DNA of 64,000 bases from Malacoraja senta. Lineage: Eukaryota. The position numbers were made by a program, and so were the translations under genes. Location of the stretch: NCBI GenBank assembly GCA_038087875.1, contig JAXLNO010000073.1, positions 744,001 through 808,000 of the forward strand, written 5' to 3'. Below the pieces are notes generated by a model. That model did no database searches, had not been told where the DNA came from, and was given only the letters and a program-made list of their open reading frames with translations. Below, in pieces: positions 51,286 through 64,000 of the stretch; position 1 is the first letter of the stretch; every line of letters starts with the position of its first letter.

Positions 51286-52400
51286 GTCAAGTGTCAAGTG
51301 TCAAATCAAGTGAGTTTATTGTCATGTGTCCCTGGTAGGACAATGAAATTGTTGCTTTGCTTGAGCACAACAGAACATAGTAGGCATTGACTACAAGGCA
51401 TTCTATAAATATATACACAATGGTCAATATACTGATCAAGTGCAAATAACAGTATTGGCTAATAAAGTTCAGTGTTATGTCCGAGCCAGGTTTAATAGCC
51501 TGATGGCTGTGGGGAAGTAGCTATTCCTGAACCTGGTCGTTGCAGTCTTCAGGCTCCTGTACCTTCTACCTGAAGGTAGTGTGGAGATGAGTGTGTGGCC
51601 AGGATGGTGTGGGTCCTTGATGATACTGCCAGCCTTTTTGAGGCAGCGACTGTGACAGATCCCCTCGATGGAAGGAAGGTCAGAGCCGATGATGGACTGG
51701 GCAGTGTTTACTACTTTTTGTAGTCTTTTCCTCTCCAGGGCGCTCAAGTTGCCGAACCAAGCCACGATGCAACCGGTCATCATGCTCTCTACTGTGCACC
51801 TGTAGAAGTTAGAGAGAGTCCTCCTTGACAAACCGACTCTCCGTAATCTTCTCAGGAAGTAGAGGCGCTGATGTGCTTTCTTAATAATGGCATCAGTGTT
51901 CTCGGACCAGGAAAGATCTTCAGAGATGTGCACGCCCAGGAATTTGAAGCTGTTGACCCTTTCAACCATCGACCCGTTGATATAAACGGGACTGTGGGTC
52001 CCCATCCTACCCCTTCCAAAGTCCACAATCAGTTCCTTGGTTTTGCTGGTGTTGAGGGCCAGGTTATTGTGCTGGCACCATATGGACAGTTGCTCGATCT
52101 CTCTTCTGTACTCTGACTCGTCCCCATCAGTGATACGTCCCACAACAGTGGTGTCGTCAGCGAACTTGATGATGGAGTTCGCACTGTGACCGGCTACGCA
52201 GTCATGAGTATAGAGTGAGTACAGCAGGGGGCTGAGCACGCAGCCTTGAGGTGCTCCCATGCTGATTGTTATCGAGTCTGACACATTTCTACCAATACGA
52301 ACAGACTGTGGTCTGAGAGTCAGGAAGTCGAGGATCCAATTGCAGAGGGATGCGCAGAGACCCAGTTCTGCGAGTTTGGTAACCAGCTTGGAGGGGATGC
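51286..52400 (-). mobile_element. Rex1/Babar-clade LINE 3' portion
   Basis: ORF 51475-52284 ([72 protein letters not shown]); (CTTGACA)n tail. Confidence 0.95.
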
Positions 52401-52485
52401 GCCACTATGCCACTAAAATAACTCAAGCCAAATATGTCCGCAATTGTAAAAAGTCTGCACTAAATAAGGACGTTCCATGGCATTG

Positions 52486-52810
52486 AAGTTTAGTTTCGTT
52501 TAGTTTAGAGATACAGCGTGGAAACAGGCCCTTTGGCCCAACGGGTCCACGCCGACCATCGATCTCCGCATATTAACACTATCCTACACACACAAGGGGC
52601 AATTTTCATTTTACACCCAGTCAATCTACCTATATAGCCGCACGTCTTTGCAGTGTGGGAGGAAACCGCAGATCTCTGAGAAAACCCACGCGGGTCACGG
52701 GGAGAAGGTACAAACTCCGTACAGACAGCACCTGTGGTCGGGATGGAACCCGGGTCTCCGGTGCTGCAAGCGCTGTAAGGCAGCAACTCTACCGCTGCTC
52801 CGTGCAGCCC
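52486..52810 (-). mobile_element. V-SINE (HE1-like)
   Basis: Reverse-complement match to 32552-32870. Confidence 0.85.
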
Positions 52811-53034
52811 TAGATAAGAAGAATAAAGAGTGGGAATGTTGGGGAGGATGAATGTAATGAGCAAGGGAAATATGAAGGAGTTCAGCATCTTGGAAGGTTA
52901 GATCACATGGGATCCATGGAGAAATAGCCACTCCTTCTCTCCAGTGCCTGTCCCGCTGAGATACTCCAGCATTTTGTGCCCACCTTTGAGAGATAGCTAA
53001 ATGGATAGAAGGTTGGCTTCAGAGAAAGAACACT

Positions 53035-54415
53035 TGGATACAGTGGATGTGGAGAGGATGTTTCCACTAGTGGGAGAGTCTAGGACTAGAGGTCACGGCC
53101 TCAGAATTAAAGGTCGTTCCTTTCGGAAGGAGGAATTTCGTTAGTTGGAGGGTGGTGAATCTGTGGAATTCTTCGCCACAGAAAGCTGTGGAGGCCAAGT
53201 CAGTGGATATTATTAAGGCAGAGATAGATTGTTGATTAGTGCTGGTGTCAGGGGTTATGGGGAGAAGGCAGGAGAATGGGGTTAGGAGGGAGAGATAGAT
53301 CAGCCATGATTGAACGATGGAGTAAGCTTGATGGGCCAAATAGGTTAATTCTGCTCCTTTCACTTATGACCTCATGAAGCAAGGTGAGGTTGGAAGGTTG
53401 CTTCTCAGACTGGAGGCCTGTGACTAGTGGTGTGCCTCAGGGTTCAGTGCTGGGCCCGTCATCTACATCAATGAGAACATACAGGGCGTGACAAGCAAGT
53501 TTGCTGATGACACAAACGTGGGTGGTTTTGCAGATAGCGAAGATATTTGTCAAACATTGCAGCAAATTCATGATCGTTTGGCCAGGTGGGCTGAGGAATG
53601 GTGGATGGAATTTAATGTGGAGAAATGTGAGGTGTTGCATTTTGGGAAGTCTAACAAGGGCAGGACCTACACAGTAAATGATAGGGCTCTGGGTAGTGTT
53701 GTCGAGCAGAGGGATCTAGGAGTACAGGTGCATGGTTCCTTGAAGGTCGAGTCGCAGGTAGATAAGGTGGTCTAAAAGGCTTTTGCACATTGGCCTTCAT
53801 CAGTCGGAGCATTGAGTACAGAAGTTGGGAGGTCATGGTGCAGTTGTACAAGACGTTGATGAGACCACATTTAGAATATTGTGTTCAGTTCTGGGCACCA
53901 TGTTATAGGAAAGATATTGTCAAGCTTGAAAGGGTTCAGAGAAGATTTACGAGGATGTTGCCAGGACTAGAGGGTCTAAGCTATAGGGAGAGGTTGAGTA
54001 GGCTGGGTCTCTATTCCTTGGAGCGCAGGAGGATGAGGGGGTGATCTTATAGAGGTGTATAAAATCATGAGAGGAATAGATCGGGTAGACGCACAGAGTC
54101 TCTTGCCCAGAGTAGGGGAATTGAGGACCAGAGGACATAGGTTCAAGGTGAAGATGAAAAAGATTTGATGGGAATCTGAGGGGCAACTTTTTCCACACAA
54201 AGGGTGGTGGGTGTATGGAACGAGCTGCCGGAGGAGGTAGTGAGGCTGGGACTATCCCAACGTTTAAGAAACAGTTAGACAGGTACATGGATAGGACAGG
54301 TTTGGAGGGATATGGGCCAAACGCGGGCAGGTGGGACTAGTGTGGCTGGGTCATGTTGGCTGGTGTGGGTGAGTTGGGCCGAAGGGCCTGTTTCCACACT
54401 GTATCACTCTATGAC
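53035..54415 (+). mobile_element. CR1 fragments of two subfamilies
   Basis: GVPQGSVLGP, SKFADDT, FNVEKCEVLHFG and RPHLEYCVQFWAP in ORFs 53488-53775 and 53790-54044. Confidence 0.92.
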
Positions 54416-54464
54416 ACTAGGTTTAAATGTCAAATGCTGGAAACCCTCAGCAGATTCCTGTGCG

Positions 54465-55395
54465 GCCATGGTGGCCTAGCGGTAGTGTTGTTGCCTTACA
54501 GAGCTTGCAGCGCCAGAGACCCGGGTTCGATCCCGACTACGGGGTGCTGTCTGTACACAGTTTGTCAGTTCTCTCTGTGACCGCGTGGGTTTCCACCCAC
54601 ACTCCCAAGACGTACAGGTTTGCAGGTGAATTGGCTTGGTAGAAGTGCAAATTGTCCCTAGTGTGTGTGTGTGTGTGTAAGGATAGCGTTAAGGGCCTGT
54701 GCACGCCATTTACAAGACCTGGTAGCTCGGGACGGGCGCATGGAGTGGCGTGGAGGAGTGTGGAGTTGCGCGCGGTATCGCGCAGCGCTCCAGGACTTCG
54801 TCCTGCACGAAATCTTCGCGCGCCAACGGCCTGTCGCGTAACTGACGGCCAAAGTGGGACAGGCCCAAGACCCTGGCGCAACACAATGTCTCACCTCCAA
54901 CAGCAGCAGAAGCAGGCGAGCGATCGCCGAGCTCGGCCTGGGGCTCACGGCCGTTGCGGATCCGGATCCGCCCCCACTTCTACTCCCAGAGCGGGGCCAA
55001 GACGATTGGAGAGAGACACAAAATGGAGGAGTAACTCAGCGGGACCGGCAGCCTCTCTGGAGAGAAGCAATGGGTGACGTTTTGGGTCAAGACCATTCTT
55101 CAGACTGAAGAAGAGTCTCGACCCGAAACATCATCCATTCCTTCTCACCAGAGATCCTGCCGGTCCCGCGGAGTTACTCCTGCATTTTGTGTCTATCTTC
55201 AAATGACGTCACGCGCTCCAGACGGCCGTGCGGACGCATGATGACGCGCGTGATCGTCGCTCGTCAGTCAGTCCCACTTGGCCTGTCGTGTAAATGACGG
55301 CCAAGTGGGACAGGCCCTTTAGTGTATGGGGATCGCTGGTCGCTGCAGGCTCGGAGGGTCTGTTTCCACGTTGTATCTCAAAGCTAAAAACTAAA
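54465..55395 (+). mobile_element. Nested structure: a V-SINE split by a PIF/Harbinger-like MITE that itself contains a palindromic Penelope-repeat pair
   Basis: SINE head at 54465-54690; TTA-AGGGCCTGT at 54689; GTGGGACAGGCCCT-TTA at ~55305-55321; SINE tail at 55322-55395. Confidence 0.6.
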
Positions 55396-55519
55396 AGATC
55401 ATGTATCATCTGGGAAATAAGAAAGAGTTTATGATTCGGATTCAAAAAATCTTAAATCTATGGTTTATTGATTTTCTAATATAAGGGGAATAGATTGAGA
55501 AGGATTAGAGGATAAGATT

Positions 55520-56230
55520 GGAGGAAGGAACTGCAGATGTTGGTTTAAACCGTAGATACAAATGCCGGAGCAACTCAGCGGAACAGGCAGCATCTCTGGA
55601 GAGAAGGAATGTTTCGGGTCGAGACCCTTCTTCAGACTGAGAGTCAGCGGAAAGGGAAACGAGAGATATAGACGGTGATGTAGAGAGATAAAGAACAATG
55701 AATGAAAGATGTGCAAAAAAGTAATGATGATGAAGGAAACAGGCCATTGTTTGCTGTTTGTTGGATGAGAACAAGAAGCTGGTGCGACTTGGATGGGGGA
55801 GGGGATAGAGAGAGAGGGAATGCCGGGGTTACTTGAAGTTAGAGAAGTTAATGTTCATACCACTGGGGTGTAAGCTGCCCAAGTGAAATATGAGGTGCTG
55901 TTCCTCCAATTTGCGCTGGGCCTCACTCTGACAGTGGAGGAGGCCCAGGACAGAAAGGTCAGTGTGGGAATGGGAGGGGGAGTTAAAGTGTTTGGCAACC
56001 GGGAGATCAGGTAGGTCCAGGCGGACTGAGCGGAGGTGTTCAGTGAAACGATCGCCCAGTCTACGTTTGGTCTTGCCGATGTATAAGAGTCCACACCTGG
56101 AACAGCGGATACAGTAGATGGGGTTGGAGGAGGTACAAGTGGGGGAAAGAACTGCAGGTGCTGGTTTAAACTGAAGATAGACACAAAATGCTGGAGTAAC
56201 TCAGCGGGACAGGCAGCATCTCTGGACGGA
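55520..56230 (-). mobile_element. Penelope GIY-YIG/terminal-repeat fragment
   Basis: Near-identical to 50345-50965. Confidence 0.9.
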
Positions 56231-56754
56231 AGGAAGTGAAGATGAGGGAGTGGGGGAATCGGAAAGCAGAAGTCATTGAAGACATATCAGCCATGATCAC
56301 AATGAATGGCGGTGCTGGCTCGAAGGGCCGAATGGCCTCCTCCTGTACCTCTTTTCTATGTTTCTATGTTTCTATAGAGGGCGTGTGAGGTATCTTGGTC
56401 ATAGTTCGGGAGGGCTTGGACCAGGGGGGATAGGATGGAGTTGAGGTACGTGGAAATTCATTTCAGTGGACAGGAGCAGGCTGGAACAATGGGTCTGCCA
56501 GGGCAGTTGTGTTTATGGATGTGTTTGTAGAGAAGGCTGGGGAACGATAAGGTTGGAGTCTTTGGAGAAGACAGGAAAAGTCGTCCATTCCTTCTCTCCG
56601 GAGATGCTGCCCATCCCGCTGAATTACTCCAGCATTCCGAGTCCATCTTTGGGTGTGAGTGGAATCTTTCACCAAGGGCGTAGTACTGGTCCACTGTCTT
56701 AGAGGGGCAGTAGAGAGGCAAAGACCATCATCAATGTTCAATTAAAAAAAGACA

Positions 56755-57330
56755 TTGCATAGAAACATAGACAATAGGTGCAGGAATAGGCCATTCGGCC
56801 CTTCGAGCCAGCACCGCCATCATCCAACCATGGCTGATCATCCACAATCAGTACCCCGTTCCTGCTTTTTCCCCATATCCCTTGATTCCTAAGAGCTAAA
56901 TCTAACTCTCTCTTGAAAACATCCAGTGAATTGGCCTGCACTGCCTTCTGTGGCAGAGAATCCCACAGATTCACAACTCTCTGGGTGAAAACATTTTTCC
57001 TCATCTCCTAAATGGCCGACCCCATATTTTTAAACTGTGACCCCTGGTTCTGGACTCCCCCAACATCGGGAACATTTTTCCTGCATCCAATCCCTTAATA
57101 ATTTTATATGTTTCCATAAGTTCCCCGCTCATCCGTCAATTATAGTGAATACAAGACCAGTCGACCTATTCTTTCATCATATGTCAGTCCCGCCATCCGG
57201 GAATTAACCTGGTGAACCTACGCTGGGCTCCCTCAATAGCAAGAATGTCCTTCCTCAAATTAGGAGACCAAAACTGCACACAATACTCCTGGTGCAGTCT
57301 CACCAGGGCCCTGTACAACTGCAGTAGGAC
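56755..57330 (-). mobile_element. CR1 3' fragment
   Basis: ORF 56738-57004 (VFTQRVVNLWDSLPQKAV). Confidence 0.85.
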
Positions 57331-57794
57331 TATCTTGCTGAATACCAGATATGCCATTGCCTATAAGGTTACAATAGAGAGCTGGAAAATACGCCCGCCT
57401 TGATAACTCTTCAAGGAAACGCTTGTTTCCCTTAAATTTCCACGATTCTTGAAGTTCCTGCCCATTTGTGCCATGAAAAGGGGAAATTAGGTTGCTTGTG
57501 GCAGCATCTCTGGAGAGAAGGAATGGGCAATGTTTTGTGTCGAGACCCTTCTTCAGACTGAGAGTCGGGGATAGGACAATGAGAGATATAGACGGCGATA
57601 TGAATCTTGATTTCTCTAACATCAAGTAACCCCGGCATTCCCTCTCTCTCCATCCCTCCCCCACCCAAGTCGCACCAGCTTCTCGTTCTCACCCAACAAA
57701 CAGCAAACAACAGCCTGTTTCCTTTATCATCATTACTTTCCTGCACGTCTTTCATTCATTTGTTCTGTATCTCTCTTCATCATCACCTTTAATC

Positions 57795-58295
57795 GCTCGT
57801 TTTGCGTGCTGGAAGAATCTGTGTACCACAAGTATAGGGAGTGTGTGAGGCTGCAGCCCCTGTTGCAATATCTAAAGGGGCTGATCCTTGCCTTCTGACT
57901 GCATTTCTCACCCACCACCCTCATCTTTGGACACCCTGTGCGTAGGGGAGTGTGTAGGGCTGAAGATGTCCTGGTTGGGTTGCTCCTGGGCCTGACCAAG
58001 CTGGCCATCCGTGAGTCACGGCACCAGGCGGAAGAGGGCTCTGCCCGAGCCAGCTACCTGCCCCTGTTCCGGGGTTCCGTCCGCGCCCGGGTGGGGTTAG
58101 AGAGGGAATACGCCCTGTCCACGGGCATCCTGGGTGATTTCCGGGACTGGTGGAATGCATCCTCAATATGGAAATAGTCATTGAATATGAAAGAATATTT
58201 GCTTTATTTTCTATTATGGTGGTGGGTTTCTTTGTATTGGTTTGTATTGTAAACAGCGCTTTTGTAAATAATTGATTACAATTAGTTTGGGTTAA
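57795..58295 (+). mobile_element. Tx1/L1-clade LINE 3' fragment
   Basis: EESVYH..ECVRLQPL..LKGL..HFSPTTLIFGHPV..DVLVGLLLGLTKLAI..RARVGLE, typical of a Tx1-type ORF2 C-terminus. Confidence 0.75.
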
Positions 58296-58484
58296 ATGAT
58301 ATGGGCACAAATTGCTGGAGTAACTCAGCGGGACAGTTTTGGTTCAGTTTAGTTGACTGTCACGTGGATCGCAGGTCGGCACGGACTCAGTGGGCTGAAG
58401 GGCCTGTTTCCACGCTCCATCCCTAAACTTATGTTTATAAGTCCATAGGAGCAGAATTAGGCCATTCGGCCCATCAAGTCTAAG

Positions 58485-59232
58485 CTTTTGTGGCGTGCTA
58501 ACCAGTCAGCGGAAAGACAATACATGATTACAATCGAGCCGTCCACAGTTTACAGATACAGGATAAGGGAATAAAGTTTAGTGCAAGGTAAAGCCAGCAA
58601 AGTCCGATCAAAGATAGTCCGAGGGTCACCAATGAGGTAGATAGTAGTTCAGGACCGCTCTGTGTTTGTGGTAGGATGGTTCAGTTGCCTGATAACAGCC
58701 GGGAAGAAACTGCCCCTGAATCTGGAGGTGTGCGTTTGTTTTCACACTTCTGTACCTCTTGCCCGATGGGAGAGGGGAGAAGAGGGAGTGGCCGGGGTGA
58801 GACTGGTCCTTGATTCTGCTGCTGGCCTTGCCGAGGCAGCGTGAGGTGTAGGTGGAGTCAATGGAAGGGAGGTTGGTTTGTGTGTGATGGTCTGGGCTGC
58901 TGGCCTTGTCGAGGCAGCGTGAGGTGTAGATGGAGTCAATGGAAGGGAGGTTGGTTTGTGTGTGATGGTCTGGGCTGCTGGCCTTGCCGAGGCAGCGTGA
59001 GGTGTAGATGGAGTCGATGGAAGGGAGGTTGGTTTGTTTGATGGTCTGGGCTGCTGGCCTTGTCGAGGCAGCGTGAGGTGTAGATGGAGTCAATGGAAGG
59101 GAGGTTGGTTTGTGCGATGGTCTGGATGGTCCACAATTCTCTACAATTCCTTGGATGGAGCCGTTCCCAAACCGTGCTGTGATCCAACCTGATAACATGC
59201 TTTCTGCAGTGCATCTGCAGAAGATGCACCAA
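58485..59232 (-). mobile_element. Rex1-like 3' fragment with an internal 78-bp tandem expansion (four copies)
   Basis: RCTAESML, LPSIDSIYTSRCL four times, HPGHSLFSPLPSGKRYRS; units start at 58818, 58896, 58974 and 59050. Confidence 0.88.
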
Positions 59233-59391
59233 AGATCTCCAGAGAGAAGGAATGGGCGGTGTTTCGGGTCGAGACCTTTCTCCATACTGATAGTCAGGGG
59301 AGAGGGAAAGGAGAGATATAGACGGTGATGAAGAGAGATGGAACAAATGAATGAAAGATATGCAGAAAAGTAACGATGATAAAGGAAACAG

Positions 59392-59591
59392 NNNNNNNNN
59401 NNNNNNNNNNNNNNNNNNNNNNNNNNNNNNNNNNNNNNNNNNNNNNNNNNNNNNNNNNNNNNNNNNNNNNNNNNNNNNNNNNNNNNNNNNNNNNNNNNNN
59501 NNNNNNNNNNNNNNNNNNNNNNNNNNNNNNNNNNNNNNNNNNNNNNNNNNNNNNNNNNNNNNNNNNNNNNNNNNNNNNNNNNNNNNNNNNN
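59392..59591. other. Assembly gap (200 N)
   Basis: Run of n. Confidence 1.
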
Positions 59592-61437
<1,846 letters not shown>

Positions 61438-61802
61438 ATGTCTTGCATCTTTTTCTCTCTCTCTGTGGGTGCTGGAGCTGGTGAGGTTTATTTGTGGGTC
61501 ATGCATGGTACCAGCTGCTAGTGCGATGTGTCTGCATTTATTTACAAGGAGGGAGTGGGACAACGTGGACCTGCTGTGACAAATGACGCTGCCTCTGTGT
61601 GTGGCTATTGTCTCCGATCACCCATTCCTGCCCGATTGACGTGTGTCTAGGAAGGAACTGCAGATGCCGGTTCAAACCGAAGATAGACGCAAAAAGCTGG
61701 AGTAACTCAGCGGGAGGGACAGCATCTATGTAGAGAAGGAATGGCTGACGTTACGGGTCGAAACGCTTCAAGACACGTCACCCATTCCTTCTCTCCAGAG
61801 AT

Positions 61803-62665
61803 AGACAATAGACAGTAGGTGCAGGAGTAGGCCATTCGGCCCTTCGTGCCAGCACCGCCATTCAATGTGATCATGGCTGATCATCCCCAATCAGTACCCC
61901 GTTCCTGCCTTCTCCCCATATCCCCTGACTCTGCTATTTTTAAGAGCCCTATCTAGCTCTCTCTTGAAAGCATCCAGAGAACCTGCCTCCACCGCCCTCT
62001 GAGGCAGAGAATTCCACAAACTCACAACTCCCTGTGAGAAAAAGTGTTTCCTCGTCTCCGTTCTAAATGGCTTACCCCTTATTCTTAAACTGTAGCCCCT
62101 GGTTCTGGACTCCCCCAACATCGGGAACATGTTTCCTGCCTCTAGCGTGTCCAAACCCGTAACAAACTTATATGTTTCGATAAGATGCCCTCTCATCCTT
62201 CTAAACTCCAGAGTATACAAGCCCAGCTGCTCCATTCTCTCAGCATATGACAGTCCCACCATCCCGGGAATTAACCTTGTAAACCTACGCTGCACTCCCT
62301 CAATAGCAAGAGTGTCCTTCCTCAAATTAGGAGACCAAAACTGTACACAATACTCCAGGTGTGGTCTCACTAGGGCTCTGTACAACGGCAGAAGGACCTC
62401 TTTGCTCCTATACTCGACTCCTCTTGTTATAAAGGCCAACATGCCATTCTCTTTCTTCACTGCCTGCTGTACCTGCATGCTTACTTTCATAGACTGATGT
62501 ACAAGGACCCCCAGATCCCGTTGTACTTCCCCTTTTCCCAACTTGACGCCATTTAGATAGTAATCTGCCTTCCTGTTTTTGATACCAAAGTGGGTAACCT
62601 CACATTTATCCGCATTAAACTTCATCTGCCATGCATCTGCCCACTCACCCAACCTGTCCAAGTCA
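61803..62665 (-). mobile_element. CR1 3' fragment
   Basis: ORF 61891-62661 (WQMKFNADKC, LVRPHLEYCVQFWSP). Confidence 0.95.
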
Positions 62666-63002
62666 GACGTCTCCTCTCTCCATAGATGCTACCCGAGAGA
62701 AATGAACATTCATACCACTGGGGTGTAACCTGCCCAAGCAAAATATGAGGTGCTGTTCCTCCAATTTGCGCTGGGCCTCACTCTGACAGTGGAGGAGGCC
62801 CAGGACAGAAAGGTCAGTGTGGGAATGGGAGGGGGAGTTAAAGTGTTTGGCAACCGGGAGATCAGGTAGGTCCAGGCGGACTGAGCAGAGATGTTCAGAG
62901 AACAGAGTATTGGGTATAGAAGTCAGGAGGTTGTGTTGCTGTTATATAAGACGTATTTTCTCTCTCTCTCCCTATCGCTGCTGGGTCTACTGGTATTTGT
63001 AG

Positions 63003-64000
63003 CCAGGAATGAGTGGGTTAACGTACGATGAGCATTTGTCGGCACTGGGCCTGTACTCGCTGGAGTTTAGGAGGATGAGGGGGCACCTCATTGAAACGTA
63101 CAGAATAGTGAAAGGCCTGGATAGAGTGGATCTGGAGAGGATGTTTCCACTAGTTTCAGAATTAAAGGATGTCCCTTTAAGAAGGAGACGAGGAGGAATT
63201 TCTTTAGTCAGAGGGTGGTGAATCCATGGAATTCTTTGCCACTGACGGCTGTGGAGGCCACGTCAGTGGATATATTTAAGGCGGTGGAGGCAGGTTCTCT
63301 GGATTCTTTCAAAAGAGAGCTAGATAGGGCTCTTAAAAATAGCAGAGTCAGGGGATATGGGGAGAAGGCAGGAACGGGGTACTGATTGGGGATGATCAGC
63401 CAAGATCACATTGAATGGCGGTGCTGGTTCGAAGGGCCGAATGGCCTACTCCTGCACTTATTGTCTATTGTCTCTCAGTATTTATTCAGGATTGTCTTTG
63501 GTGCCCATGTTAGTTGGGAATATACTGCAGTATTGAGGATCGCTCAATCCACAGTCTATGCAGAAAATCCTTCTGTATTTCAAACCAAATCACATCCAGC
63601 ATGTTGCCAGGACTAGAGGGTGTGAGCTACAGGGAGAGGTTGAGTAGGCTGGGTCTCTATTCCTTGGAGCGCAGGAGGATGAGGGGTGATCTTATAGAGG
63701 TGTATAAAATCATGAGAGGAATAGATCGGATAGACGCACAGAGTCACTTGCCCAGAGTAGGGGAATCGAGGACCAGAGGACACAGTTTTAAGATGAAGGG
63801 GAAAAGATTTAATAGGAATATGAGGGGCAACTTTTTCACACAAAGGGTGGTGGGTGTATGGAACGAGCTGCCAGAGGAGGTAGTTGAGGCTGGGACTATC
63901 CCAACGTTTAAGAAACAGTTAGACAGGTACATGGATAGGACAGGTTTGGAGGGATATGGATTAAACACAGGCAGGTGGGACTAATGTAGCTGGGATATGT
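63003..64000 (+). mobile_element. CR1 3' fragments with the same ~125 bp spacer as 20655-20780, in inverted orientation
   Basis: ORF 63514-63984 is almost identical to ORF 20272-20742. Confidence 0.9.

Overview
Gene-poor vertebrate DNA made almost entirely of repeats, with two 200-N scaffold gaps (16848-17047, 59392-59591). No host protein-coding exon, RNA gene or CRISPR array can be supported. The repeat content (many CR1-clade LINE 3' fragments, tRNA-derived V-SINEs of HE1 type, Penelope-like elements, Rex1/Babar and L1/Tx1 fragments) suggests a cartilaginous fish, probably a skate or ray; this is inference. Main structures: (1) a ~9.7 kb CA-derived satellite punctuated by CACAGTG, plus two other large CA/GT tracts; (2) a near full-length Penelope element (27682-31790) with an in-frame 27-bp minisatellite and a hammerhead-ribozyme-like core in its terminal repeat, a core that recurs in many short derivatives; (3) a minus-strand, internally deleted endogenous retrovirus (34783-45093) with LTRs, PBS, PPT, TSD and gag/RNase H/integrase/env remnants. 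Its 3' end is tandemly duplicated (2467 bp), giving three LTRs and two open env-TM ORFs, and it carries four later nested insertions; (4) two local segmental duplications. All identities were counted by eye; no database search was run.
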